The position numbers and the translations under genes were made by a program. Shown piece by piece: positions 17,111 through 27,799 of a DNA stretch of 64,000 nucleotides; positions within the stretch are counted from its first letter, which is position 1; the number at the start of each line of letters is the position of its first letter. Source of the DNA: Clostridia bacterium (GTDB taxonomy: Bacteria; Bacillota; Clostridia; Christensenellales; DTU072); assembly GCA_035409945.1 (NCBI GenBank), contig DAONQC010000006.1:12570-76569 (forward strand), given 5' to 3'. Below the pieces are notes generated by a model, which saw only the letters and a program-made list of their open reading frames with translations, did not search any database and was not told the DNA's origin.

Positions 17111-17139
17111 TTTACATTAAAGTATATAAGTGGTATAAT
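17111..17139 (+). promoter_or_regulatory. Near-consensus extended -10 promoter of gyrB-gyrA
   Basis: TTTACA (17111-17116), 17-nt spacer, TGgTATAAT (17131-17139). AAGGAG RBS at 17205-17210. Confidence 0.7.
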
Positions 17140-17216
17140 CTACAAGTTGATTTGGAGGTGAAACGCCTCGAAATGTCGACAAAAACAGCCTTAAGAGGCG
17201 AAATAAGGAGAATTTC

Positions 17217-19256
17217 ATGCAAAACAATGTAAATAACTATGATGAACATAATATCAAGGTTCTAAAGGGTCTTGAAGCCGTCAGGAAAAGACCGGGAATG
17301 TACATTGGGACAACAGACATAAAAGGTCTCAATCATTTAATTACCGAGATAGTTGATAACTCAGTAGACGAAGCGCTAGCTGGCTATTGTACTCACATTG
17401 AGGTTGTGCTAAAAGACGATGGCTCTTGCTCAGTAAGTGATAACGGAAGGGGAATCCCAACTGGTATCGTTAAAGAAGAAGGGTTGTCTGGTGTAGAAGT
17501 TGTTTTAACAAAACTTCACGCTGGTGGTAAGTTTGGAGAAGGTGGTGGATACGCCATATCCGGAGGTCTACACGGCGTTGGTCTTTCAGTTGTTAACGCA
17601 TTAAGCGATTGGCTAGTAGCAGAAGTTAGACAACACGGTAATATATATCGCCAAAGATTTGAAAAGGGCGAGAAGAAGTCCGAACTGGAAATAGTTGGAA
17701 AAACCGATGAAACAGGAACTACAATTTCTTTCCTTCCCGATAAAACTATTTTTGACTCCATCATATTTGATTATGAACCAGCAAAAAGAAGACTTAGAGA
17801 GCTTGCGTACTTGAATAAAGGGTTGAGAATAACTATACGAGATGAAAGAACTGTTAGAGAAACAAAGTTAGATGCCGATCAAGAAGAAAAAAAATCAGAA
17901 GAACGGATGGCAGACGAAAAACCTGCAGTAGTAGACGAAACTCAAACAGAAGAGAAAGAACACAAGATAATAGAGGAGTCATTCTGCTATGAAGGTGGAA
18001 TTATTGATTATGTAAAAGCTCTTGGAAGAGGAAAAGAATCGGTTCTACCCGAAATATTATACTTCTACGAAGAGATTCCTAACGCTGATCCTAAAAAAGT
18101 TAGCGATATAATAGAAATTGCTATGCAGTATAACACTGGATACGATGAAAAAATTGTAACATTTGCTAATAACATTAAAACCGAAGAGGGTGGTCAACAC
18201 TTAGATGGCTTTAAAGCAGCATTAACAAAAGTGTTTAATGATTACGGTGCTATTGCAAAGATATTAAAAGACAATGAAAAACTTTCAGGGGAAGACGTAA
18301 GAGAAGGATTAATTGCCATCATTAATGTCAAATTGCCTGAACCTCAATTTGAAGGGCAAACAAAGACTAAACTAGGTAATGCGACTATGCGTAGAAATGT
18401 AAATGCTACCATTACAAAATGTTTAGGCGAATACCTCGAAGAAAACCCCAAGGAAGGAAAAGAACTAATAACTAAGAGTGTTAACGCACAAAGAGCAAGA
18501 GAAGCCGCTAGAAAGGCAAGAGAGAGCTTTAGAAAGGGTGCTATGGAAAGTAGCGCACTACCAGGAAAACTAAGCGATTGTATCGATACCGATCCTTTAA
18601 ACTGCGAAATCTATCTTGTTGAGGGTGATAGCGCAGGCGGTACAGCTAAAACAGGCAGAGATAGAAAGTATCAAGCAATTCTACCACTTAGAGGTAAAAT
18701 TTTAAACGTTGAAAAAGCTAGGCTTGTAAGAGTTTTAGATAACGAAGAAATACGTGCTATGTTTACAGCATTTGGCTGTGGATACGGCGAAGATTTTGAT
18801 ATAACCAAAAGAAGATACGATAGAATCATATGCATGACCGACGCGGACGTTGATGGAAGCCATATTAGAACATTACTCATTACCTTCTTTTATAGGTTTA
18901 TGAGACCTCTTGTAGAGAATGGTCATGTATACATCGCACTACCTCCTCTATACAGAGTATCCGTAAGGGGAAAGGAAGATAAGTACATATATAATGATGA
19001 AGAATTGCAAGCGTATACAGCTAGTTTAGGTAACACAAAGTACACTTTACAGAGATATAAGGGTCTTGGTGAAATGAACGCACACCAGCTATATGAAACG
19101 ACTATGAACCCCGAGACTAGAACGTTACTTAGAGTAACGGTAGAAGATGCAGAAGAAGCAGATGCAACCATATCAATGCTCATGGGCGATGATGTGGAAG
19201 TAAGAAGAGAGTTCATTGAAAACAATGCAACGATGGTTAAGGAGCTTGATATATAA
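17217..19256 (+). CDS. gyrB: DNA gyrase subunit B
   Basis: GHKL ATPase motifs (DNGRGIP, GGLHGVG), Toprim EGDSAGG and DADVDGSHI, and a gyrA partner. Contains an acidic insertion of about 40 aa (aa 214-254). Confidence 0.97.
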   Translation: MQNNVNNYDEHNIKVLKGLEAVRKRPGMYIGTTDIKGLNHLITEIVDNSVDEALAGYCTHIEVVLKDDGSCSVSDNGRGIPTGIVKEEGLSGVEVVLTKLHAGGKFGEGGGYAISGGLHGVGLSVVNALSDWLVAEVRQHGNIYRQRFEKGEKKSELEIVGKTDETGTTISFLPDKTIFDSIIFDYEPAKRRLRELAYLNKGLRITIRDERTVRETKLDADQEEKKSEERMADEKPAVVDETQTEEKEHKIIEESFCYEGGIIDYVKALGRGKESVLPEILYFYEEIPNADPKKVSDIIEIAMQYNTGYDEKIVTFANNIKTEEGGQHLDGFKAALTKVFNDYGAIAKILKDNEKLSGEDVREGLIAIINVKLPEPQFEGQTKTKLGNATMRRNVNATITKCLGEYLEENPKEGKELITKSVNAQRAREAARKARESFRKGAMESSALPGKLSDCIDTDPLNCEIYLVEGDSAGGTAKTGRDRKYQAILPLRGKILNVEKARLVRVLDNEEIRAMFTAFGCGYGEDFDITKRRYDRIICMTDADVDGSHIRTLLITFFYRFMRPLVENGHVYIALPPLYRVSVRGKEDKYIYNDEELQAYTASLGNTKYTLQRYKGLGEMNAHQLYETTMNPETRTLLRVTVEDAEEADATISMLMGDDVEVRREFIENNATMVKELDI

Positions 19257-21757
19257 TGGGAAAAGATAATAAAAACGAAAATGTTCAATCAATAAAGGAA
19301 ATTCTAGAAAAGTCACATGTTATTGAAGTGCCTTTGAAAGATGAGATGGAAAGGTCATTCATTTCATATGCAATGGCTGTCAACGTATCGCGTGCAATTC
19401 CAGACGTAAGAGATGGGCTGAAGCCAGTTCATAGAAGAATACTCTTTGGTATGGATGAGCTAGGATGTGCATACAATAGTCCATATAAAAAATGTGCACG
19501 TATTGTCGGTGAGGTTATGGGTAAATTCCATCCACACGGTGATAGCGCAATATATGATGCGCTTGTAAGGCTTGCACAGGATTTTTCTATAAACGAGCCA
19601 CTTGTAGATGGCCAAGGAAACTTCGGTTCAGTCGATGGCGACCCTGCAGCAGCTATGAGGTATACAGAAGCAAGGCTTACAAAAGTAGCAGGGGAGTTAT
19701 TAAAAGACTTAGATAAAGATACCGTAGATTTTTATCCTAACTTTGATGATACTTTGATGCAACCAGTAGTACTACCTGCAAGATATCCTAACCTTTTAGT
19801 CAACGGTGCTGAAGGTATTGCTGTTGGTATGGCAACTAATATCCCACCTCACAATCTTGGTGAAGTAATAGATGGTACTGTCGCACTTTTAGATAATCCA
19901 GAAATAGAAATAGATGAACTTGTAGAATACATCCCAGCACCAGATTATCCAACAGGTGGATTAATACTCGGAAGAGCTGCTGCAAAAGAAGCATATAAAA
20001 CTGGAAGGGGTGGAGTTGTTTGCAGAGCAAGATGTGAAATCGTTGAAGAAAGTAACGGCAGAACACATATTGTTGTAACAGCAATCCCTTATCAAGTTAA
20101 TAAGGCTGATTTAATTAAGAAAATAGTTGAGCAAGTTAAGGATAAAAAGCTTGAAGGCATCAGTAATGTTTGGGATTTAAGTGACAGAGAAGGTATGAGA
20201 ATAACCATCGAATTAAAACGCGATGCAGTTCCTAACGTTGTGCTCAATACTTTGTATAAACAAACCCAGCTACAGAAAAAGGATAACATGATTTTGCTGG
20301 CATTACATAAAGGCGTGCCTAAAGTTATGAACCTACTTGAGATATTGAATGCATATGTTGATCACCAAATTGATGTAGTTTCTAGAAGGACACAATTTTT
20401 ACTGAATAAAGCTGAAGAAAGAGAGCATATTGTAAAAGGTTTAGTAATAGCGCAAGCGAACATTGATGAGGTCATTAAGATTATAAAAGAGTCCGCCGAT
20501 GTAGAAACTGCCCGTCAGTCACTTATGGATACTTTCGTGCTTTCTGAAAAGCAAGCAAATGCAATTTTAGAAATGAGACTAAGGAGTTTGACATCTCTAG
20601 AAGTTGACAAACTGACTGCCGAACTTGCTGAATTGGAAGCCGCAATTGCCGATTATAAAGATATTTTAGCAAAGCCTGAAAGAGTAAGAGCAATCATAAA
20701 AGAGGAGTTACTTGAGGTTAAGAGACTCTATGCAAGACCTAGAAAATCTGAGATTAGTTATGACCCAGCGGAAATAGGATATGAGGATTTAATTGCTAGA
20801 GAAGATATCGCAATAACCATGTCATATCAAGGATACATTAAGAGAATGCCACTATCTGAATACAGAACACAAGGAAGAGGTGGCGTAGGACTAAAAGCTC
20901 AAAAAACCAAAGATGATGATTTCATCACAACGGTTGTAACCTGTTCTACTCACGATGATGTTGTATTTTTCACCAGTAAAGGAAAAGTATATAGACTAAG
21001 AGGATTTGATATACCAGAAGGGTCAAGAACATCTAAAGGAAGAGCTAGTGTTAACTTCCTACCGCTTGTGCCTGAAGAAAAGATTACAACTATACTTCCT
21101 GTGCCAGAGGATAAAGAAGGCTTTAAATATATGATTATGGCAACTAAGAATGGACTCATCAAGAAGACTCCGATAACTGAGTTCGATAGAATTAATGCAA
21201 ATGGTAAAATTGCAATTACATTAAGAGACGATGACGAATTAATCGCTGCAGATGGTACAACTGGTGATAATGAAATAATTATAGCTTCCTCAAATTGTAA
21301 GTGTATTCGTTTTCATGAAAGCGATGTAAGAGCGATGGGCAGAACTGCTATGGGTGTTAAGAGTATGAATCTTGGTAAAAAAGATACAATTGTAGACATG
21401 ACAGTTTTAAAACCCGGTTGTGAGCTGCTTACAGTTAGTGAAGGTGGTGTAGGTAAACGTTCTTGCCCCAGTGATTATAGACTACAAGGCAGAGCGGGAA
21501 AGGGCATTAAAGCTGGTAACTTTAACGAAGAAACTGGCAAACTCGTAGCGTTAAAACAAGTAGATGAAGAAACTGATGTAATACTAATATCAGATGCAGG
21601 AGTTATGATTCGTATTAGAACATCCGACATAAGCAAGATTGGCAGAAGCACAAAAGGTGTTAAACTTATGAGATTAAAAGATGGTGGCAAAGTTTCTGCA
21701 GTAGCATTAACTCCACACGATGAAGAAGCCGAATTCTCCGAAGTAGAGGACGAATAA
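19256..21757 (+). CDS. gyrA: DNA gyrase subunit A
   Basis: AAMRYTE active-site Tyr region, HPHGD, and GyrA-box-like QGRGGVG in the C-terminal domain. The start overlaps the gyrB stop (TAATG). Confidence 0.97.
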   Translation: MGKDNKNENVQSIKEILEKSHVIEVPLKDEMERSFISYAMAVNVSRAIPDVRDGLKPVHRRILFGMDELGCAYNSPYKKCARIVGEVMGKFHPHGDSAIYDALVRLAQDFSINEPLVDGQGNFGSVDGDPAAAMRYTEARLTKVAGELLKDLDKDTVDFYPNFDDTLMQPVVLPARYPNLLVNGAEGIAVGMATNIPPHNLGEVIDGTVALLDNPEIEIDELVEYIPAPDYPTGGLILGRAAAKEAYKTGRGGVVCRARCEIVEESNGRTHIVVTAIPYQVNKADLIKKIVEQVKDKKLEGISNVWDLSDREGMRITIELKRDAVPNVVLNTLYKQTQLQKKDNMILLALHKGVPKVMNLLEILNAYVDHQIDVVSRRTQFLLNKAEEREHIVKGLVIAQANIDEVIKIIKESADVETARQSLMDTFVLSEKQANAILEMRLRSLTSLEVDKLTAELAELEAAIADYKDILAKPERVRAIIKEELLEVKRLYARPRKSEISYDPAEIGYEDLIAREDIAITMSYQGYIKRMPLSEYRTQGRGGVGLKAQKTKDDDFITTVVTCSTHDDVVFFTSKGKVYRLRGFDIPEGSRTSKGRASVNFLPLVPEEKITTILPVPEDKEGFKYMIMATKNGLIKKTPITEFDRINANGKIAITLRDDDELIAADGTTGDNEIIIASSNCKCIRFHESDVRAMGRTAMGVKSMNLGKKDTIVDMTVLKPGCELLTVSEGGVGKRSCPSDYRLQGRAGKGIKAGNFNEETGKLVALKQVDEETDVILISDAGVMIRIRTSDISKIGRSTKGVKLMRLKDGGKVSAVALTPHDEEAEFSEVEDE

Positions 21758-21790
21758 TAACCAAAAACTCGCAATCACAAACCAACCACA

Positions 21791-21819
21791 GGAGCTGTTC
21801 ATAACGAGCAGCTCTTTTG
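21791..21819 (+). terminator. Rho-independent terminator after gyrA
   Basis: GAGCTGTTC / GAGCAGCTC stem (with one G-U pair), loop ATAAC, then TTTTG. Confidence 0.7.
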
Positions 21820-21952
21820 CATATGGGAGACAATCGATGAGAAAAAAATCAAATTACTATTATGTCCCAAACCTCAACGAACATGAGGATTGTTTTACTA
21901 AAATTTCTCAAAGGCATTGAAAATGTAATTATTATGAGATAATGTAGATAAT

Positions 21953-22699
21953 ATGAATATTAAAACGCCAATGCCTATACTTTTTTCTAAAGAGGATATA
22001 AATTCACGGTTTAAAGACGAGTATCAATATCGAAACTGGATATATTCACGATTGAAAAGAGGGCAGATACGAAAAATTCGAAATAATCTATATGCACTTG
22101 TTGATATATCTACAGGGCACATTTATGCTAACAAATTTCAAATAGCAAGCAAGGTTACCAGTACATCATTTGTTTCTTACCATAGTGCTTTTGAGTATTA
22201 TGGTCTTGCTAACCAAGTGTTTTGTGATTGTTCGGTTGGCACTGTTTCTAAATTTCGCGAATTTATATTTGATGATACTGAATTTTCCTGCATCTTTTTT
22301 AGTGATACTTTTGATGTAGTAAACAAACAGATGGAAAAAGTTAAGGTGACGAGTCTAGAAAAGACAGTTATCGATTGCATTGATAATATAAATCTAGGTG
22401 GAGGCATAGATGAGATTTTAAACATACTATCATTTATCCACTACTTAAATGAAGATAAGCTAATTGCAGCCTTAAGGCATTACGACAAAATAATTCTATA
22501 TCAAAAAACTGGATATATGCTCGAGCATTTTAATGAGCGTTTAAAACTGCCTGATGAGTTTTTTGAGTTTTGTAAAAGCAAGTTAACAAATCAAGTCAAA
22601 TATTTTTTAAACGAAGAATATTCAAATTGTGCATATAACAAAAAATGGCAACTAATTGCCCCTGTAAACTTGTTGTCTAGAATATATGAGGGGCTGTAA
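21953..22699 (+). CDS. AbiEi-like antitoxin-family protein (orphan)
   Basis: N-terminal SRLKRGQIRKIRNNLYAL wHTH pattern and VKVTSLEKTVIDCIDN...GGGIDE typical of AbiEi. No AbiEii gene follows. Confidence 0.5.
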   Translation: MNIKTPMPILFSKEDINSRFKDEYQYRNWIYSRLKRGQIRKIRNNLYALVDISTGHIYANKFQIASKVTSTSFVSYHSAFEYYGLANQVFCDCSVGTVSKFREFIFDDTEFSCIFFSDTFDVVNKQMEKVKVTSLEKTVIDCIDNINLGGGIDEILNILSFIHYLNEDKLIAALRHYDKIILYQKTGYMLEHFNERLKLPDEFFEFCKSKLTNQVKYFLNEEYSNCAYNKKWQLIAPVNLLSRIYEGL

Positions 22700-22896
22700 T
22701 ATGAGAATGCTTTACAATATTTTTTGGAATTACGCAAAAACATTTACGACAAATTTTTGACGTAAATCGATACATAAATACATACTACGTAAAATGCGCC
22801 AAAACATTAGTTTTACTATAGTTTTAGCGTAATATATGTATAATAGAAGATAGTTTAATAGGTTGTTAGTCCAATAACTTATATGGTGATTATTAG

Positions 22897-23505
22897 ATGG
22901 AAACTATTGAGTCTCAAAAAAAAGAAAGGCGTGTAAAGAGAATTGCCTCAACAAGAAATATAGTATATTCAGCACTGTTTACGGCATTAATTGTCGCAGG
23001 TAGTTATATTACTGTAGATATACAACCAGTGCCATTTACGATGCAACTCCCTTGTGTGCTACTCACATCATTATTACTAGGTCCTATCTGGGGAACAGTA
23101 AGTGTTTTTGTCTATATTGCTTTAGGCTTAATGGGAGTGCCAGTGTTTTCTAGTAAGGGAGCAGCAGGCATTACATACGTGCTAAAGCCTTCATTTGGTT
23201 ACATAATTGGTTTTTTAGTTGCAAGTGTTGCTGTAGGGACAATAGCAAAATCAAAAGAAAATGATAAACTAAAACCTTATCAAAGGATGATTATTGCAAA
23301 CACAGTAGGTGTTCTTATCATCTATACAATAGGAATGATATATATGTATCTAATTTTAAAGTTGTACCTTGCAACTGAAGTTACTGTAAAAACTATTTTT
23401 CTATCTGGATTTTTGATTTTTTTACCCAAAGAAATTGTGTTTATATTTTTAACAGCATTGCTTGCATCCAAGCTAAAACCATATGTAAAAATGATACAGG
23501 AATAG
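22897..23505 (+). CDS. bioY: Biotin ECF-transporter S component BioY
   Basis: Six-TM protein with the TxQxxxVLL.G...G pattern (PFTMQLPCVLLTSLLLGPIWG) and KPSFGYIIGF. Confidence 0.85.
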   Translation: METIESQKKERRVKRIASTRNIVYSALFTALIVAGSYITVDIQPVPFTMQLPCVLLTSLLLGPIWGTVSVFVYIALGLMGVPVFSSKGAAGITYVLKPSFGYIIGFLVASVAVGTIAKSKENDKLKPYQRMIIANTVGVLIIYTIGMIYMYLILKLYLATEVTVKTIFLSGFLIFLPKEIVFIFLTALLASKLKPYVKMIQE

Positions 23506-23614
23506 GCAAAAAGTTATAAAAGATTTCTGCATCGTAATATAGACTATGATTCTTTAAATATTACCACTATGTGTTTGTTGCAATGACCTACAATACGGCT
23601 TGTCAAGTTTCTTC

Positions 23615-23780
23615 CTAGTATACTACGAAAGAATTACAAGTTTATTACTAGTATACTATGAAAGAATTTTATATTTATTACTAGTACACTATGAAAGAAT
23701 TACAAGTATATTGCTAGTATAGTGTGAAAGAATTGTAAATTTATTTCTTGCGCACTACGAATAAAATGGATTACGATTAA
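23615..23780 (+). repeat. Five tandem 33-bp repeats (CTAGTATACTATGAAAGAATTACAAGTTTATTA consensus)
   Basis: Units start at 23615, 23648, 23681, 23714 and 23747 (exact 33-nt phase). Located between convergent genes. Weaker copies may extend back to about 23535. Confidence 0.85.
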
Positions 23781-23805
23781 AAATAAATGGGTTTTAAAGT
23801 TTTAT

Positions 23806-24417
23806 TTAGGAGCTAAAAGAGGTTAGTAATGACCGTATGGTTTCAAATAGAGGCGTAGGGAAGTTTACTCCCCAGCGGTTGGATAGAAATTTTAGTTCAG
23901 TTTCATATTCACAGATTAGGTCTTTAAAATTGGGTTTTAAAAAGCTACATAAAGAAGTTATAAAATCAACCTTAATATGTTTCTCAACTTCATATAGTGA
24001 GGCAAAGGCCATAATTTTTGCGATGTAACATTCCAGTGTTCCTGCAGTACATTCCTCAAAGTCAACTCGTACACACTTGAAATCAGGGGTAACTATATAG
24101 TTTCTAAAGTTTTCGTCAAAGGTAATTTTTTTTGTAGTTGAGTGAATGTAAAAAATTGTATTTGCTAGAGATTCAGCAAGTTTTTTAGAAACTTCTGTAT
24201 CGGAACTAAGGTAATAATCTAAAAGTAAGGTTCCCTTTACATAGCTCATTTCTATACAGTTATCGGATAGTTGGTTTATGAAACTAGGGGCAAATTCCCC
24301 CTGTAATTTTTTAAGCATGCTAACTTCTGTCTTTAGTGCTTCTTTATTACTAAAGGTTTTTTCAATGTTGCTATCTTTATTTAGTACTACGTTATTTTTT
24401 CTACTTGCAAAAACCAT
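23806..24417 (-). CDS. Hypothetical protein with degenerate protein-kinase-like layout (last gene of ECF operon)
   Basis: Bud32/RIO-like N-lobe pattern (EKTF...LKTEVSMLKKL...MSYVKG) and a VDFEEC (DFG-like) segment. The catalytic HxD...N is not conserved (NFRNYIV). Confidence 0.45.
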   Translation of the reverse strand: MVFASRKNNVVLNKDSNIEKTFSNKEALKTEVSMLKKLQGEFAPSFINQLSDNCIEMSYVKGTLLLDYYLSSDTEVSKKLAESLANTIFYIHSTTKKITFDENFRNYIVTPDFKCVRVDFEECTAGTLECYIAKIMAFASLYEVEKHIKVDFITSLCSFLKPNFKDLICEYETELKFLSNRWGVNFPTPLFETIRSLLTSFSS

Positions 24418-24466
24418 ATTTGACCTATGTTAAGTACATTGATTTCTCGGGTTTAGAGTTAGATAG

Positions 24467-25219
24467 TTATTTACTATCATCAACAAACTCAAGGCAGATT
24501 TTTCCGCCTTTTTGAAATCCTTTTAATTCTTTAACTACGCCAGTAACCACATTTTTAAGTATGGATTCAACAAAAGGGACCATATAAATATTTTTGTCAT
24601 TAATAGTAAGTTTTACTTTGCTGTTTTTTAAAACACAGGCATTTATATCTACTTCGCCTTTTAAGTATTTAGAAAGAAAGGTTCTACAGTCCATACCACA
24701 CGCACTACAGCACTCTTTATCAATATCGTACATAAGAGATGGAGTTTTTTCGATTATTAAATCTACTAGTTTTTTGGTGTCGGTTATGCCATTTATTATT
24801 GGAAGATCTTTGTATGTCCCAGTATGAGCGTTAGCAAACCTTCCACTTATAGCAAAGGTGAGTGGGGATATTTTAGGCTCTCCATCTTCTGTTGCAACTG
24901 CGATTTCTGGAACAACTGCATCATGCACTCCCTCGAGTATAACAAAGTCCTGATTGTAATGAGAAAGAAGGTCATATATAGGCATATGTCCTTTATATAA
25001 AACATCAGTTTCGTTAGCCGAACGTGCAGTTACAGTATCCGAACCTGCCTGTCTATGTCTCCAGGTGTTTTTGCCTTCTGTGTCAATAGCAAAGGCTTCA
25101 AAGTGTATTTCTTTGACTGAACCTACAGTATATCCACGTGCTATTAGCTCCTTGATAATGTGCTCAATCGTGGCTGTTTTGCCACTACCACTTAGTCCTG
25201 TGATTGAAAAAACTTTCAT
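24467..25219 (-). CDS. MobB-like P-loop protein with extra Cys-rich C-terminal domain
   Basis: MKVFSITGLSGSGKTA Walker A and IDTEGKNTWRHRQAGSDTV, as in MobB. The C-terminal part carries CCSACGMDC...C. Confidence 0.6.
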   Translation of the reverse strand: MKVFSITGLSGSGKTATIEHIIKELIARGYTVGSVKEIHFEAFAIDTEGKNTWRHRQAGSDTVTARSANETDVLYKGHMPIYDLLSHYNQDFVILEGVHDAVVPEIAVATEDGEPKISPLTFAISGRFANAHTGTYKDLPIINGITDTKKLVDLIIEKTPSLMYDIDKECCSACGMDCRTFLSKYLKGEVDINACVLKNSKVKLTINDKNIYMVPFVESILKNVVTGVVKELKGFQKGGKICLEFVDDSK

Positions 25220-25330
25220 GTCTTTCTCCTGTTATTGTTAATCGTTACATGTACTTGGCAATTATATAACCTGCCATTAGTTTTCATTATATCATAAAAA
25301 TAATATAGTTTATTAATCACTCATATATCA

Positions 25331-25511
25331 CATATTTTCTAAAAATGCACTCGCCTTGTATGTTTGAGATCCTATCTGCTATTCCTAGGTGGAAGATCAT
25401 TCTTTGGGTGTACTCTCGCTATGAATGTTCAAAGATCTGTCCACTGTGACACTACACTGAAATACTCGAAGGTATATCCATTGTTGCACTTAAGATGATA
25501 ACGGACATTTT
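25331..25511 (-). repeat. 3' echo of the ecfT gene plus short degenerate repeats
   Basis: ATTTTCTAAAAATGCACTCGCC at 25334 matches ATTTTCTAAAAATGTACTAGTAC at 25507 (the real stop region), a period of 173 nt. The interval holds units of about 30-37 nt beginning AGATC/AGGTA and a dispersed-repeat copy at 25471-25508. Confidence 0.65.
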
Positions 25512-26261
25512 CTAAAAATGTACTAGTACACCATGGAAATACATGCCAGCTAAAAATACTCCAGCAAACAGTAGGGAGATAACAACAAGGAGGCAGTCTA
25601 TTGCTCCCATTTTTAATTCTCTTAGCATAGTTCTTTTTTTGTATGCTCTAAAACCTCTAACTTGCATGCTTTTTGCAAGCTCTTCACTTCTCATTATGCA
25701 GCCAGATATTGTGGGGGATATAAGGTATGCATACACTTTTACTTTTTTAGCAAGATTTAGTTTTTTAATATCAATTCCTCGCATAGCGATAGCATTGAGT
25801 CTACTTCTAAATTCCTCACTAAATATGGGTATAAATCTAAGCGATATGCTGGTCATAAAAGCAAGTTCATATGGCATTTTCAATTTAAGTAAGGCATCAA
25901 TCATTTCTCTTCCTTCTGTGCTTGCGGCAATTAAACCAGAAAGGAGTATAATGCTCATCCTTAGAATAAACTCTAGCGAAAACTGTAAGCCTTTGGTAGA
26001 TAGTAGGGCAATATTTCCAATAGGAATGAGAACGGTTCCACCTTTAATAGTCAGGCTTTGTACAATTGCAATAAATAGCAGTACTCCTAGAAAGTGTCTA
26101 AGTCTTTTAATTGCCATTAATAGTTCGGTTTTGAGACATAAGTTAATTAAGATACTAAGGAGTAGTATAATGCTAAGATAAATAACATCTTTAGCAAGCA
26201 CTGCTAAGGTAGTTAGTAACACAATAAATAATAACTTTACACGAGGATCAATTTTTTTCAT
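25512..26261 (-). CDS. ecfT: ECF transporter T component (EcfT/CbiQ family)
   Basis: Multi-TM protein with the conserved ARG motifs (AIAMRGI, SMQVRGF). Overlaps the upstream ATPase gene. Confidence 0.85.
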   Translation of the reverse strand: MKKIDPRVKLLFIVLLTTLAVLAKDVIYLSIILLLSILINLCLKTELLMAIKRLRHFLGVLLFIAIVQSLTIKGGTVLIPIGNIALLSTKGLQFSLEFILRMSIILLSGLIAASTEGREMIDALLKLKMPYELAFMTSISLRFIPIFSEEFRSRLNAIAMRGIDIKKLNLAKKVKVYAYLISPTISGCIMRSEELAKSMQVRGFRAYKKRTMLRELKMGAIDCLLVVISLLFAGVFLAGMYFHGVLVHF

Positions 26262-26910
26262 CTAAAACACCTCCGTGTAAATGTAAATTAGTGACATTAT
26301 TAAGGCTAGATAAAAACTCCTCATCATGGGAAATAATGATAGCGCCACCACCTTTATTTACAAATCCGTTGATGAAAGTCGTGATAAATAGAATTCCTTC
26401 ACTATCTATAGAAGAAGTGGGCTCATCTAAAATCAAAAAATCTACATTACGACTCATTATGGTGGCAAGTGCTAGACGTTGCTTTTCACCTAAAGACATA
26501 GAGAGTGGGTATCTGTCTTCAAATCCAGACAAATTAAAATCTTTAAGTAGCAAGTTAATTTCAGCTCTTTTTTCATCAGTTAGTTCCTTTTTTAGTTCAA
26601 ACGGGAAAGTCAATTCCTCTATGACTGTCGGGGCAAAAAGTTGTAAATCTGGGTTTTGAAATAAATATCCAATACTATCAGCTCTTTTACCTGCGGATAT
26701 TTTTTTAGCATTAATGTCATCAAAATATATATCACCACTAGTTGGATGTAAAAGTCCAAGTATTAATTTTCCAAGCGTTGTTTTCCCAGCACCATTTGGA
26801 CCTTTCAATGCGTATAACTTACCCGTTTCAAAAGTGTAGGTTATGTTAGATAGCACGAAGGGAGATTTTTTATTGTACTTAAAAGAGAGGTTTTCTAACT
26901 TAATTTGCAT
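26248..26910 (-). CDS. ECF transporter ATPase (short, about 220 aa)
   Basis: GPNGAGKTT Walker A, LSLGEKQRLALA signature, LILDEPTS Walker B. Confidence 0.85.
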   Translation of the reverse strand: MQIKLENLSFKYNKKSPFVLSNITYTFETGKLYALKGPNGAGKTTLGKLILGLLHPTSGDIYFDDINAKKISAGKRADSIGYLFQNPDLQLFAPTVIEELTFPFELKKELTDEKRAEINLLLKDFNLSGFEDRYPLSMSLGEKQRLALATIMSRNVDFLILDEPTSSIDSEGILFITTFINGFVNKGGGAIIISHDEEFLSSLNNVTNLHLHGGVLDEKN

Positions 26911-26955
26911 ACATAACCTCCTTTTAGTGTTAATGTTAGTGGGGTATAGCCTAGA

Positions 26956-27621
26956 TTAAAGAACATAATTTTTACCTCTTTCAAGCGTAATTATTCTATT
27001 TGCAATTTTAAGGTCGTTTTCGTTATGGCTAATCATTACTACGCTTCCACCATTTTGGGCAAAATCTACGAGAATTTGTCGTATATCATCAATTTTTTCT
27101 TTATCTATTCTAGATGTAATTTCATCAGCTATTAAAACCTTCGGTTGCATGGTTAAAATAGAGGCTATTGCCACAAGTTGCTTTTCTCCACCTGATAGGG
27201 CATTGGTTTTAGCATGTTTTAGGTGTTCGATTTTACAGATTTTTAAAGCATCATTAATCCGCTTTTCCATTTCTTTTCTTTCGATATTTAAGTTTTCTGG
27301 GGCAAAAGCAAGTTCTTCAATTACAAGTGGTGAAAATAGCTGATTATCAGGGTTTTGGAAAATAAGGCCAAAAGCATTACATCTATCTGCAATGGTCATA
27401 TCGTTTAAATTGACGCCGTTATATAAAATTTCACCTCTAATATTATCACGCGCAAACTCTTCCTCAAATAGTCCAGCAAGACATAAGCAGAGGCTACTTT
27501 TACCGCTACCATTATGTCCTTTAAAACCAAGTATTTCACCTTCGTTTAGTTCAAACGAAAGGTTGTTAAAAATAACGGTTTTACCATACTTTAAGCCTAG
27601 TTTATTAACTTTTAAGTTCAT
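26956..27621 (-). CDS. ECF transporter ATPase (short, about 220 aa)
   Basis: GHNGSGKSS Walker A, LSGGEKQLVAIA signature, LIADEITS Walker B. Confidence 0.85.
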   Translation of the reverse strand: MNLKVNKLGLKYGKTVIFNNLSFELNEGEILGFKGHNGSGKSSLCLCLAGLFEEEFARDNIRGEILYNGVNLNDMTIADRCNAFGLIFQNPDNQLFSPLVIEELAFAPENLNIERKEMEKRINDALKICKIEHLKHAKTNALSGGEKQLVAIASILTMQPKVLIADEITSRIDKEKIDDIRQILVDFAQNGGSVVMISHNENDLKIANRIITLERGKNYVL

Positions 27622-27799
27622 ATGAAACCCTATTACATATAGTCTTATTTATTTATATTTATCCTAGTTCATTTAGTGTAAACGAACATTTATTGATATA
27701 TTCAAGTCTAGATTTTAAGCTCATACGCAATCCGATACATTTAGTATTGTTCGTTTACGCTTATTCTATTCATTTGGTTCAAACTAAATCCTATATACT

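Noticed and set aside
22700-22896. BirA operator upstream of bioY
   Set aside because: Only short ACGTAAA / TTTACG repeats are present, and there is no convincing TGTAAAC-N14-GTTTACA-type dyad.
23615-23780. CRISPR array
   Set aside because: The repeats are contiguous with no unique spacers, they are degenerate, and no cas genes or leader are present.
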